Assembly: GCA_045580305.1 (NCBI GenBank) | Contig: JAZNNQ010000027.1 | Coordinates: 5,772 to 69,771 of the forward strand | Direction of reading: 5' to 3' | Origin: Eubacteriales bacterium | GTDB lineage: Bacteria > Bacillota > Clostridia > Oscillospirales > JAAYXM01 | DNA length: 64,000 bases | Shown: piece by piece, positions 16,391 through 26,285 of the stretch | How the letters are laid out: every line of letters begins with the position of its first letter | Position numbering within the stretch: position 1 is the first letter of the stretch | The notes under the pieces: model-generated | Databases searched by the model: none | What the model was told of the DNA's origin: nothing | The model's input: the letters and a program-made list of their open reading frames with translations, nothing else | Translations under genes and position numbers: made by a program

Positions 16391-19336
16391 TTATTCAAAT
16401 GTATACTTGTAAGTGTTTGTGCCGTGTACGCCGTAGAGGTTTCCGTAGTTGTCCTCAACATGGTACAGACCGGAATCGCGGATGAGAAGCTGTACATCCT
16501 TGGTCTTAATATCGATACTGTAAATGTTTGCGGTCTGACGGAAGTCGCTGGGAATAATACCGACATTATAAAGGTCAGATACATAAATCTTGGTACCGTC
16601 GTTTGAAAGGGTCATCTTATCGCCGTACCAGGTAGCACCGAAGTTATTGATGGAAACATTCTTCTCATAAATTACCTTGTTTGCCTTCGGATCGAAGATG
16701 AAGAGGCGGGTGCTGGTGGTTTCCTCGCAGTTTGCAAGACCCCAGACATTTCCGTCGGATGCGGTTGTCATAGCGGTAATTGCGGTAGCGCCCGGAATGA
16801 TTACACCATACTTCTCAAACTCCTTGGTAGCGAAGTTGTAGGAGAAGAGTTCGCACTCGGTAGCTCTTGCATCGGTGTTACTGCCCGGACGGATGGATGT
16901 ACCGAAGAATACCTTACGGTTTGCGTAAGCAATACCGGTAATGGTAAGGTCCGGTACGACAGAGTGAGTTGACCAGAAGGTATCGTCGTTCTTTTCCATA
17001 TCATAGAATGCGATTGCGCTGCCGTAGAAGCCCTGCTTAGGAATGGTAGCCACTACCATGGTCTTCTCCTCGGGGATACCGAGAAGGTTATAGGGACGGT
17101 CCTGTTTGGGATAGGTATCGTCATCTGCCTTAGAGCCCATATTCATTGCCAGATACGGGTTGCTTGCCGCTGTATCCCAAGGCTTTGTAGTGTCGTATTT
17201 AGAAATGTAGGAGTTGGGGTAACGGCCGAAGAAAACATAATCGCCGTAAACGCCCATACCCTCGACCTGACGGAGACCGTAGAGGTCCTCAAACTCGTCT
17301 GTGGTGGGGTTATAGCGACCGGTAGAAGCACCGATGTAGCCACCAATGTAGATGTTACCGTCATTTGCCTTGATTGTACAGTTACCGGTGGTGGGGTTAC
17401 CTTCGATAACAAGCTGAATGAAGCTTAACTTATTGGTTTCTAAGTTATAGCGCAGGAATGAGCCTAAATGGCTGTTAAGAGTAACAAATGACCAGCCGGG
17501 GAATTCCGGATCATCAAGCTCTAAGAAAATGAAGTTAAGAGGAGCGGTGCCCCATGCATCCGGCACACCCTCTGCAATGTAGGATATTTCGTCGGTGTCC
17601 ACATTGTATTTATAGAACTGAACATCGTCGAAGAAATATACAAAGTTTCCGACAGGAGAGAGAGCAGAAACTGCACGACCGTTCATATGAGTCTCGGTTA
17701 ATTTCTCGCCTGTTTCAAGATGTGTAAAGGTGATTTCCTCACCGGTTTTCGCATCGAGTACGAATAAGTTACTGCCAACCTCGCTGCGGCAGAAGAGCTT
17801 GCCGTTAACCAAGCGCATATCATAAACAACACCGATAGAGTCAACATATTTCTGGGGGAGAATGTTTACCTTCTCACCGGTCTTGGGGTTGAAACGATAT
17901 ACATATGCCTTGCCTTCACTGCTACGAGCAGCAACGAAAACAACATCGCTGTCCGGATCAGCAATGGAATAATACTGACCGTAGTCCTTGTCGCCTAATT
18001 TATATTCAGTGAACTTGTCGGTCTTGGGGTCTAAGCTGTAAATGGAATTTGAGGTAGCTTGCGCGCCCCAGATGATACCGTTTTCATCCTCGGTCATAAC
18101 AAGGGGAAGGGTTGAACCACCGGCAGGCGGGCCGATAAGCTCAAGTGTTTCGGTATCGACATTCCAACGATAAATAAGCGCCTCGCCATATGCGGCAACA
18201 TAGCAATCGCCGGAGGAGTGCACGAAGACGCCCCAGGCACCGTTTGATTTGCGTGTGTTACCCTTTTCATCAACAAGTTCAAGGGGAATACAAAATACCT
18301 GCTCACCGGTTTCCGGACGAATACCGATAAAGGAAGCGGGAGTACCGTCGTTTACCATATAAACGATGTTCTTGCCGTCCTTGTCCTTGCCACCGTCGCA
18401 GTACTTATTGTATACAACCTCGTTGGTGACGCCAAGATCGCGAGTGGTATAACCGCCACCGTTACGGCTTAAGTCATTCTTGACGAATTTACCTAAAAGT
18501 TCGGTTTTATCGTCTTTGTAAACGGTCTTTTCGGTACAGTTGCGGAGTACGATATTACCCTCGACCTTAACATTCTCAAGGTGAATTAAAGACCAAGCGT
18601 CAACCGCCTCAGAGAGGATAAGGTCGCCCTTGACGGTCATATTCTTTAAAGTTGTATCCTTTGCGGTAACGAGAAGGTTACCATCAACATCCTTGTCATA
18701 TGTACCGGACGCGGTGTCGGTAATCATACGGTCGAGAAGAGTAACAAATTCAGCGCGAGTAACATTTCCCTTTGGGGAAAGCTTTCCGTTTGCGCCTTTT
18801 GCATAGCCTAAATTGATCATAGCCGCGGTAGCGTCCTTTGCCCAGGAGCTAACCAGACCCTTGTCGGTAAAGCCATCGATAGAAGCGGTCTTGTCATATT
18901 GGATACAGAAAAGACGAGAGAGCACGGTGAAGGTTTCTTCACGGGTGATGCTGTCCTGAGGACGCATCTTCATATTGGCACCAAAGATAACCTGCATACG
19001 GCGAGCCGCAGCAATGTCTTCAGCATACCAAGCATCAGCAGGAACATCGGTGTATCCGGTTAAATCCTCAACTAATGTTGCGCCGAAGATGCGGCGAACA
19101 ATGGCGGAAAGCTGTGCTCTTGTGAGCCAAGCATCCGGATTAAGACAGTCACCGTTACCGTTGATCCAGCCGCTGTCTGCAGCACGGGTAAGGGAAGCCT
19201 CAGCCCAGTGGTCATCAATGTCGGCCCAGCTTTTCTCGGGTGCGGGGGAGATAACCATATCGTTTGCAAATGCAACAACGGAGCAGGAGCAAAGAATGGA
19301 TACGGTTAAGAGAAACGCTAAAAATCTGTTTTTCAT
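16391..19336 (-). CDS. SLH-domain surface protein with a large repeat (beta-propeller-like) C-terminal region
   Basis: 981 aa. Signal peptide MKNRFLAFLLTVSILCSCSVVAFA, then three N-terminal SLH repeats (W..A......G...G........TRA....L.R). About 12-14 short repeats of type hYhh....G.hY.h(D/N)..T.E follow. Confidence 0.8.
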   Translation of the reverse strand: MKNRFLAFLLTVSILCSCSVVAFANDMVISPAPEKSWADIDDHWAEASLTRAADSGWINGNGDCLNPDAWLTRAQLSAIVRRIFGATLVEDLTGYTDVPADAWYAEDIAAARRMQVIFGANMKMRPQDSITREETFTVLSRLFCIQYDKTASIDGFTDKGLVSSWAKDATAAMINLGYAKGANGKLSPKGNVTRAEFVTLLDRMITDTASGTYDKDVDGNLLVTAKDTTLKNMTVKGDLILSEAVDAWSLIHLENVKVEGNIVLRNCTEKTVYKDDKTELLGKFVKNDLSRNGGGYTTRDLGVTNEVVYNKYCDGGKDKDGKNIVYMVNDGTPASFIGIRPETGEQVFCIPLELVDEKGNTRKSNGAWGVFVHSSGDCYVAAYGEALIYRWNVDTETLELIGPPAGGSTLPLVMTEDENGIIWGAQATSNSIYSLDPKTDKFTEYKLGDKDYGQYYSIADPDSDVVFVAARSSEGKAYVYRFNPKTGEKVNILPQKYVDSIGVVYDMRLVNGKLFCRSEVGSNLFVLDAKTGEEITFTHLETGEKLTETHMNGRAVSALSPVGNFVYFFDDVQFYKYNVDTDEISYIAEGVPDAWGTAPLNFIFLELDDPEFPGWSFVTLNSHLGSFLRYNLETNKLSFIQLVIEGNPTTGNCTIKANDGNIYIGGYIGASTGRYNPTTDEFEDLYGLRQVEGMGVYGDYVFFGRYPNSYISKYDTTKPWDTAASNPYLAMNMGSKADDDTYPKQDRPYNLLGIPEEKTMVVATIPKQGFYGSAIAFYDMEKNDDTFWSTHSVVPDLTITGIAYANRKVFFGTSIRPGSNTDARATECELFSYNFATKEFEKYGVIIPGATAITAMTTASDGNVWGLANCEETTSTRLFIFDPKANKVIYEKNVSINNFGATWYGDKMTLSNDGTKIYVSDLYNVGIIPSDFRQTANIYSIDIKTKDVQLLIRDSGLYHVEDNYGNLYGVHGTNTYKYTFE

Positions 19337-19357
19337 ATTGTTACCCTTCCTTATAAT

Positions 19358-20509
19358 TTATTTTTGAAGCAGACGGTCTAAAATTACAGCGACCTCTGCG
19401 CGGGTTGCATTGTTTTTCGGGTTGATCTTACCGTTTGTGCCGGTAATAATCTCAGCCTGAGTGAGAAGGTTAACCGCATCGACGGCATAAGCGGAAACCG
19501 CACTGATATCGGAAAATGCAGGGTAGGAGGTAGAGGTGAGATTGATGCCCGCCTTCTCGGTAGCGCGCTTAATGATTACCATAATGTCCTGACGGGTAAT
19601 GGGAGCGGTGGGGTTAAACCTATCCTTGCTCACACCGGTAGCGATACCAAGCTCTTTTGCGATACCAACAGCATTGTAGTAATATGCGTTTGTGGGTACA
19701 TCCGCAAAGTTTTCACTAAAGTCAACCTTGAAACCAAACGCGCGAACGATAAGAGTAATAAAGTCAGCGCGGGTGATGTTCTTGCCGGGCGCATAGGTGG
19801 TAGCGCTTGTACCGTTGATTATACCCTGATAGAAAAGGTTGTATATTGCATCCTTTGCCCAGGGGTAACCGCCAAGATCGGTAAAGGTCTGTGCCTGGGA
19901 AGCGGGGATCCACTGTGCATACAGGGTCATAGAGCCGTAAATTTTAGATGTAAAATCAAAGGGCTGTTTTCCGAATGGATCGGTTGTCCACCCGGTGAAA
20001 ACATAGCCGTCACAAGTGGGGGGAGTGGGCGCATTTGCGGTCTCGCCCTCAACAACGGTGATCTTTTCCACATAGCTTCCACCCTGAGTGTCAAAGTCGA
20101 TTATATAGGTGGTAGCGCCGGCGGGGATGTCACTATAATCGCTACCGGCCGCGCTGCCTGAATTGCCGCCGGTAATACCGCCGAGAAGCGGGTTGATTGT
20201 AAAGTTAGCGGTGATGCTTACATTCTGTGCCGGCATAACAAAGGTTGTTACATAGTTTATTTCGCTGTCCAAAACAATGGGGTCATCGGTTGTCCAGTTG
20301 TAGAACACATAGCCGGTCTGAGGACTTGCCATAATTCTAATGGTAGTGCCGGGGGTGGCCCAACTCTGTGACGCCTCAACAACGCCGCCACCCAGAGTCA
20401 AAAGGGTGATGGAATATTCCGTAGGCTCGGCACTATCGGTCGCAAGAGCTACTGTAGATGTAAATACCAATAAAAGGGAAAGTAATAACGAGATGGATTT
20501 TTTAAGCAT
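19358..20509 (-). CDS. surface protein with InlB-B / Listeria-Bacteroides repeats and three C-terminal SLH domains
   Basis: Start refined to MLKKSISLLL (ATG 20509 behind GGAGAG). Contains FDTQGG....GY.FTGW......F.F.....MTLYAQW. SLH repeats at the C-terminus. Sits 21 nt upstream of the 981-aa gene. Confidence 0.8.
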   Translation of the reverse strand: MLKKSISLLLSLLLVFTSTVALATDSAEPTEYSITLLTLGGGVVEASQSWATPGTTIRIMASPQTGYVFYNWTTDDPIVLDSEINYVTTFVMPAQNVSITANFTINPLLGGITGGNSGSAAGSDYSDIPAGATTYIIDFDTQGGSYVEKITVVEGETANAPTPPTCDGYVFTGWTTDPFGKQPFDFTSKIYGSMTLYAQWIPASQAQTFTDLGGYPWAKDAIYNLFYQGIINGTSATTYAPGKNITRADFITLIVRAFGFKVDFSENFADVPTNAYYYNAVGIAKELGIATGVSKDRFNPTAPITRQDIMVIIKRATEKAGINLTSTSYPAFSDISAVSAYAVDAVNLLTQAEIITGTNGKINPKNNATRAEVAVILDRLLQK

Positions 20510-20574
20510 AAAAAACTCTCCTTTCAAAGCTTATTTATAGTATAACATTTATTAAATCCGCGCGCAACTGCCAT

Positions 20575-22221
20575 TCAAAGTTTTTCTACCTTAAATCTTC
20601 CTGTAACGGGACATTTGTCTTTTCGCGAGAATATGTAGCGATTTGTGCCGCACGGTAAGTGAGCACAACACATATCATAGGGAAATTCCTTGACCGCAAC
20701 AGTCTTTGCAGCCACTTTCACCGGCAGATGAGCGAGGGACGGTACCTTACTATCTTCCACCAGATGGAACACATCTTTCGGCTCTTCTAAAAAGACCGGC
20801 AAGTATCGACTTTTAAAGGAACCCATATAGTCAAAGGAAAGTGCGGCATATAGGCGGCTTGTATCTATGCAGTCCTGCTCCTTGCCAAAGTCTGTAAGAA
20901 GCAAAAACAGATTATCCGGCGAGAAGGAGGGTTTCACCCGGAGTTTCTCCGCAAGCAGAGAAAAAAGCTTAAAGGGCGAAAAAAGGGTAGCAAGATAGTT
21001 TATAGTTACCACAAAACGACCCGAGTTGTAAAAAAGCTCCACCGCGTTTTCAAAATCCTGCAAAAAGAACAGTTCATTTGGGGACAAGGCATCACTTTCC
21101 AGCACCTGATAGGGTGCAAATGGTGAAAAACGACCTTTGAAATCTGCCCTCAGCGCACTGCCGTGCAAAAGTTTTAAAAATCCTACTTGCAAAGCGTGTG
21201 GCCGCGTGTCAAAAAGTTCATTGAAGGAATTTTCAATGCTCGAAAGGGCTTCATTCGGCAGACCGCAAATAAGGTCAGCGTGCACATGCACATTACCCCA
21301 AGAGGAAATTTCTTTTAACAAGGAAAGGGCGCGCTTTGTATCGGTGGCGCGACAAACGGATTTAAGAGTTAACTCGTTTGTTGATTGTATGCCCGCCTCG
21401 ATTTGGAATTTGCCGGGCGGCGCTGATCTCAACAGCGAAATAAGCTCGTCATCAAACAAATCCGCACCCACTTCAAAGTGGAAGGTGGTGTCACAACTTA
21501 ATGTCAGCAGGAACTTTATAATTTCCTTGGCTCGACTTTTATCTGCATTAAAGGTGCGATCCACAAATTTAACGGTTTGGACATCTGCCAAAACAAGCGT
21601 TTTCAGATCCTCTTTGACCCGAGGCATAGAGAAGTACCGCACACCCTTTGTGGCGGAGGACAGACAGTAGGCACAGGAGAAAGGACAACCGCGGGAAGCC
21701 TCAAAATAAGCAAGCTTGCCTTTAAGAGTATCAAGCATCTCGGGGGTATATGGCGAGGGAATGGCGTCCAAATCGGGAACACACTGATACCCGCCTTTTT
21801 GCACTATAGTGTCATCCACGCGATAGGTGATGCCGTCGGGGATCTCGCCTCTTAAATAGGCGGGAAGGGAGATCTCTCCCTCACCGGAAAATACCGCGTC
21901 TATGCAAGGATGACTTTCTAAAATCTCTCTTGAGTTAAAGCTTACTTCGGTGCCGCCTAATAGGATTTTCAAATCGGGTAAAATAAGCTTTATTTCATCG
22001 CACAGTCTGAGTACGGTGTCTATATTCCATATGTAACAGCACACGGCAAGGACATCAGGGGCACTCTCAAAGACCGATTGTAAAATTTTGCCACTCGGTT
22101 CATTTATACTGTGCTCAAGGGGCGTGATTTCGCCATAGCCCGTGCAGGCGGCGGTTAAGTACCACAAAGCAAGGGATGAGTGGATATATTTTGAATTTAT
22201 GGAAAGAAGTGTAATTTTCAT
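20575..22221 (-). CDS. B12-binding-domain radical SAM protein (probably the DUF4080-tail subgroup)
   Basis: 548 aa. N-terminal cobalamin-binding-like domain, radical SAM cluster motif CPFSCAYC, and a long C-terminal extension containing YNSGRF. Confidence 0.8.
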   Translation of the reverse strand: MKITLLSINSKYIHSSLALWYLTAACTGYGEITPLEHSINEPSGKILQSVFESAPDVLAVCCYIWNIDTVLRLCDEIKLILPDLKILLGGTEVSFNSREILESHPCIDAVFSGEGEISLPAYLRGEIPDGITYRVDDTIVQKGGYQCVPDLDAIPSPYTPEMLDTLKGKLAYFEASRGCPFSCAYCLSSATKGVRYFSMPRVKEDLKTLVLADVQTVKFVDRTFNADKSRAKEIIKFLLTLSCDTTFHFEVGADLFDDELISLLRSAPPGKFQIEAGIQSTNELTLKSVCRATDTKRALSLLKEISSWGNVHVHADLICGLPNEALSSIENSFNELFDTRPHALQVGFLKLLHGSALRADFKGRFSPFAPYQVLESDALSPNELFFLQDFENAVELFYNSGRFVVTINYLATLFSPFKLFSLLAEKLRVKPSFSPDNLFLLLTDFGKEQDCIDTSRLYAALSFDYMGSFKSRYLPVFLEEPKDVFHLVEDSKVPSLAHLPVKVAAKTVAVKEFPYDMCCAHLPCGTNRYIFSRKDKCPVTGRFKVEKL

Positions 22222-22285
22222 CGGTTCACCTCGCTGATTCTATAAAAATATTGTAGCACAAAATGACGAAAATGTGGTAGAGTAA

Positions 22286-22314
22286 TTGACTTTTTTTGCG
22301 ATATAAAATATTAT
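22286..22314 (+). promoter_or_regulatory. sigma-A type promoter of the 1098-aa surface protein gene
   Basis: -35 TTGACT (22286-22291), 17-nt spacer, -10 TATTAT (22309-22314). GGGAG RBS before the ATG at 22350. Confidence 0.55.
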
Positions 22315-22349
22315 ATAAGTAGAATGTTTTATAGTAAGGGAGATGCGAA

Positions 22350-25300
22350 ATGAAAAGGAAATTTATGAGAAAAACCATCAGCTTAATTCTCGCGCTGGCT
22401 ATTATGGCATCATTTGCCGTGCCGGTGGGTGCATATGCACCTCGTATCGGCAATATATCACTCAATCAGGCGCGTACAACCATTACCTTAGATCTGGCTG
22501 AAAATGTTAAGCTTAATGAGGGCGTGGACTTAGCATCTCAGATAACCATTAAGAAAGACTCATCCACGGCCACAGCGCTTCCCTTTGGCAGTACTGCTGT
22601 TTACGAGGGTGCAACTATTAAAATAAATCTGACAAGCGCTCTCAACTCAAAGAGCACCATAGTTACGATCAAGAGCGGCACCTTCGTGGGCCAGACCTCG
22701 GATATGGTGTCATCTTCTTTCGACACAAAGGGACCGGATGCAATTTCAAGTGTTGCCGTTGACAGCACAAAAAAGGTAGTCACCCTTAAACTGGACGGCG
22801 CAATTACAAGTGCGCTGAGCACCAATGTGCTTTATGACGGCGATATCACCTTGGCGCGCAACGGAAGCAACTTCAATGAGGAGATAGCGGGCAGCCAGAT
22901 AGAACTTGACGGCTCTGCAGGAACCATCAAGATTACATTATCAACCGCTCTCACCGGCACAAGCAACCGCTTTAAAATCTGTGCGGGTGCGGTCGCATAT
23001 GCTGCCAGTGGAAACATTAACCTTGAAGATCTTGTGTCACCGGCGATTTCCGCGGCAAAGATACTCCCGAAATTTGACCCGAACACCGGTTTTGAGATGG
23101 ACAGCGACTTTGCCACCATCACAATGACCTTTGATAAGAACATTTATTTCGCATCCGATACAATAGAGAAGAGAATTGACGAGTACATATTAATTAATCG
23201 CAACAATACAAACTATGTACCTCTTAATCTAAACGACCGCGTGACTATTTCCGGAAATGTGCTTACAATTAAGCTCCGCAATCCGGTAGAAAGCGACTAT
23301 AACAGAATAAAGATCCGCGAAAATGTACTTATGGGCGAAAACGGCGATGTTATCGAGCAGGAGATCACAACCAACAATTTCGGCCTTTCCGATATTCAGT
23401 ATACTGCGCCTATGTACAAGAGCGTAAGCTACGACAAGGCGAAAAAACAGGTGTCCATTAAGTTCAGCGAAACCATTTACCCGGTATCGGTCAGCGGACT
23501 TAAGGCGATGATCCAGATCTCCCGCAATAAGGGCGGATTCCAGGATCTTGGCGCATACGACACCGCTGAGGTCTACGGCAAAGACACAATTTTAATTACC
23601 CTTGACCAGGAACTTACCGGCGAAGGTAACCGCTTCCGCGTTCTCGGAAATGCCATCAAGGGTGCCCAAAATAATGTACAGACCGTGTTGCAACTTACCG
23701 GTTATATCGACACCAGTGCTGACAGTTATGAAGAATTTGAGGCTGACTTTAAGATCAGCGAGGATATGAAGACGGTTGACATTGTATTTGACCGTTACAT
23801 TGAGAGCAATTTCCCCTATGATACGAGTCTTGACTATTTAAAGACCGAGATTTCCGTTCAGCGCAATGTGGGCTATGATAATCTTACCGCATACGATTAC
23901 ATTTCGATTAACGGAAGAACCCTCCGCATCATTTTCCAGCGCGCAATTTCTTATACCGATGTTATCCGTATCGGAAAATTCGCCCTTAAGGACACCTACG
24001 GTACGATTATGGCAAATGATCTAAGGGTTGGACCGTCTATCAGCGGTTCCGATGAAGTGCTCGATTTAGACGACGGTGTAACGATTTCTGCGGATAAAAA
24101 GACGGTTACAATAAGCTTTGAACAGCGCGTGTACAACAATATGTCATCGGTATCCAGCTTAAAACAGATGATTCGCGTTGCATACAACGGTGTTGATTTT
24201 GAAGAGCTTGATGACGAAGTAAAATTTGAATTTGAGAGCACAGGTCTTATCTCCATCACATTCCCCCAGACACTAAGTAATCCGGAAGCGCGCATAAAAA
24301 TCCTTCCGGGTGCGCTGCAGAACTCCAAGGGTGAGACCATAACCGAGGAGATTGTGACCAATCCTCTGGGTCGCACCGCGGAGAGCACCAAGGTGACCAT
24401 CGGCGGTGACAGAGTTTACATCGGCACCGAGGACGAGAGCACCGATATAAGCGGCAACAAGATTTTTGCAATGGATATCAGCGCAACCAAGGCATCTGCG
24501 GCTATTGGCACAATGAGCTATGGCGACACTCTCAAAGCTGAGTTCCCAAGTCATGCATACGGTGCAAAGCTGATAATCAACTGTTCAACCTTAAAGCAGC
24601 TTATCACCAAGGACGCTACCATTATTATGGAAGCGGCGGGTGTTTCCCACATATTCAAGGCAAATGAGCTTCAACTTGACGAGGCGCTTGAAAACCTTGG
24701 AATCGAGGACTCTCTTGCACAGAATGCAGAGGTAGCCCTCGGTATCTCCCGCGTGAGCACGCCCTATAGTTCGGATTTTGAGCAGAAAGCTGATGCGAAG
24801 AGTTTTGCCATCCTTACCCCTGCAACCGAGCTTACACTTGTATATACCGGTATAAATTCCACCTATGCGGTTACAAAGTATCCGGAATATATGGAAAAAC
24901 GCTTTACTGTTGCGGCAACCGCGGCTCAGAGCGGTGACCTTACCGTAGTTCGCATCGAAACCTCGGGCAAGGTAAATCCGGTTCCCACCGTAAGAAAAGT
25001 AACAACCAGCGGTTTTTACCTCTCCGCAAGTGTCAAGAGCAACGGCGTTTACGGCGTTATCAGCGCAAAGCGTTCATTTACCGACACTCCCACCTGGGCG
25101 GAAAGCGCGGTTAATACCCTCGCGTCCCGTATGATTTTACAGAATGCAAGCAACGGTCCTTTCCGCGCACAGGATGCGGTAAGCCGTGCCGAGGTAGCCG
25201 AGATGGTCACCCGCGCGTTAGGTCTTCTTACCGACAAGAGCGGAGCATCTAAGTTCCTGGATGTGGCACTTAGCGACTGGTACTTCCCGTCTACAACCAT

Positions 25301-25646
25301 CGCGGTTGAAAACGACCTTATCCGCGGATACGGCGACGGCACCTTCGGACCCGAGCGCAAGATCACACGCCAGGAGGTTATGACCATTATGGCGCGTGTT
25401 ATCGAGTATCTCGGCAATACCGAGAATGAGAATATGACCATGGATGAGGCAGAGGATATCCTCTCTAAGTTCAAGGATGCCGACACGGTTGCCGACTGGG
25501 CAAAGATAAACATGGCAAAATGCGTTGCGGCAGATGTTGTCCGCGGTGACGACAAGCTGTGCTTAAATCCCAATGCAAACCTCACAAGAGCCGAAATGTC
25601 ACAGCTTATCTACAACTTTATGACAAATTACGGCTTGATCGGCTAA
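22350..25646 (+). CDS. S-layer-type surface protein: six tandem ~110-aa modules, a middle region and three C-terminal SLH domains
   Basis: 1098 aa. Signal peptide ...FAVPVGAYA. Six modules share T-h-T-h-x-F/L..., I.h.R/K.n..., N-R-h-K/R-I...GA-h. SLH repeats begin at about nt 25060. Confidence 0.8.
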   Translation: MKRKFMRKTISLILALAIMASFAVPVGAYAPRIGNISLNQARTTITLDLAENVKLNEGVDLASQITIKKDSSTATALPFGSTAVYEGATIKINLTSALNSKSTIVTIKSGTFVGQTSDMVSSSFDTKGPDAISSVAVDSTKKVVTLKLDGAITSALSTNVLYDGDITLARNGSNFNEEIAGSQIELDGSAGTIKITLSTALTGTSNRFKICAGAVAYAASGNINLEDLVSPAISAAKILPKFDPNTGFEMDSDFATITMTFDKNIYFASDTIEKRIDEYILINRNNTNYVPLNLNDRVTISGNVLTIKLRNPVESDYNRIKIRENVLMGENGDVIEQEITTNNFGLSDIQYTAPMYKSVSYDKAKKQVSIKFSETIYPVSVSGLKAMIQISRNKGGFQDLGAYDTAEVYGKDTILITLDQELTGEGNRFRVLGNAIKGAQNNVQTVLQLTGYIDTSADSYEEFEADFKISEDMKTVDIVFDRYIESNFPYDTSLDYLKTEISVQRNVGYDNLTAYDYISINGRTLRIIFQRAISYTDVIRIGKFALKDTYGTIMANDLRVGPSISGSDEVLDLDDGVTISADKKTVTISFEQRVYNNMSSVSSLKQMIRVAYNGVDFEELDDEVKFEFESTGLISITFPQTLSNPEARIKILPGALQNSKGETITEEIVTNPLGRTAESTKVTIGGDRVYIGTEDESTDISGNKIFAMDISATKASAAIGTMSYGDTLKAEFPSHAYGAKLIINCSTLKQLITKDATIIMEAAGVSHIFKANELQLDEALENLGIEDSLAQNAEVALGISRVSTPYSSDFEQKADAKSFAILTPATELTLVYTGINSTYAVTKYPEYMEKRFTVAATAAQSGDLTVVRIETSGKVNPVPTVRKVTTSGFYLSASVKSNGVYGVISAKRSFTDTPTWAESAVNTLASRMILQNASNGPFRAQDAVSRAEVAEMVTRALGLLTDKSGASKFLDVALSDWYFPSTTIAVENDLIRGYGDGTFGPERKITRQEVMTIMARVIEYLGNTENENMTMDEAEDILSKFKDADTVADWAKINMAKCVAADVVRGDDKLCLNPNANLTRAEMSQLIYNFMTNYGLIG

Positions 25647-25660
25647 AATTAAAAGAAAAT

Positions 25661-25700
25661 AATGAGGAAAACTTGTAATACCAAGTTTTCCTCATTATAT
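25661..25700 (+). terminator. intrinsic terminator
   Basis: 15-bp stem aatgaggaaaacttg/caagttttcctcatt. Confidence 0.8.
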
Positions 25701-25722
25701 TTGCAAAACCGAGGTGTTTTAA

Positions 25723-26157
25723 ATGTATTTTGAAGAATTTGAGGTAGGCTCTGAAACAAAAGTGGGGCCTGCCGTTATAAATAAAGAGGATATGCTCTCC
25801 TTTGCGGAAAAATATGACAATATTCCGCTACATACCGACGAGGAGTATGCGCGCAAAACATTTTTCGGACAGCTTATCGCACCGGGAGTTATGTCTTTTA
25901 TGGCGGTGTGGGCGAAATATCTGGAGAATGACCTTGCGGGAGATGAACTGATCGCCGGAAAATCCACCAAAATCGAGTGGCTGAAGCCGGTTTTTGCCGA
26001 GGACATTTTAAGCGGCATCTGTAGGGTGTCGAAGCTCACCAAAAGAAATGCGAAAAACGGAATTGTGGAGCTTACATTTGAGGTGTTTAACCAAAAGAAT
26101 GAACTGGTGCTCACCGATGTTACCGAAATGATCGTAAAATGCAAGCCGATTAAATAA
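25723..26157 (+). CDS. MaoC-like (R)-hydratase / hotdog-fold protein
   Basis: 144 aa. FA..YDN.P.HTD.EYA....F...IA.G....S is typical of MaoC dehydratase domains. Confidence 0.75.
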   Translation: MYFEEFEVGSETKVGPAVINKEDMLSFAEKYDNIPLHTDEEYARKTFFGQLIAPGVMSFMAVWAKYLENDLAGDELIAGKSTKIEWLKPVFAEDILSGICRVSKLTKRNAKNGIVELTFEVFNQKNELVLTDVTEMIVKCKPIK

Positions 26158-26238
26158 AAAAGAACCCGCAAGCAGTGTGTTGCTTCTCATAGGTACAAAT
26201 TGTGACCCATGGGCATAACGCTGGTACGGAAAAAACAG

Positions 26239-26285
26239 AACATCCACGAATTATCAAACGCAGATAACTCGTGGATGTTTTTTTG
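26239..26285 (+). terminator. hairpin + T-run about 80 nt downstream of the MaoC-like gene
   Basis: 11-bp stem aacatccacga/tcgtggatgtt with a 19-nt loop, then TTTTTT. Confidence 0.5.

Noticed and set aside
22238-22333. Inverted repeat ctataaaa...ttttatag flanking the S-layer gene promoter as a possible invertible (phase-variable) promoter.
   Set aside because: The repeat is only ~8 bp and AT-rich, so it is expected by chance. No invertase or recombinase gene is nearby.
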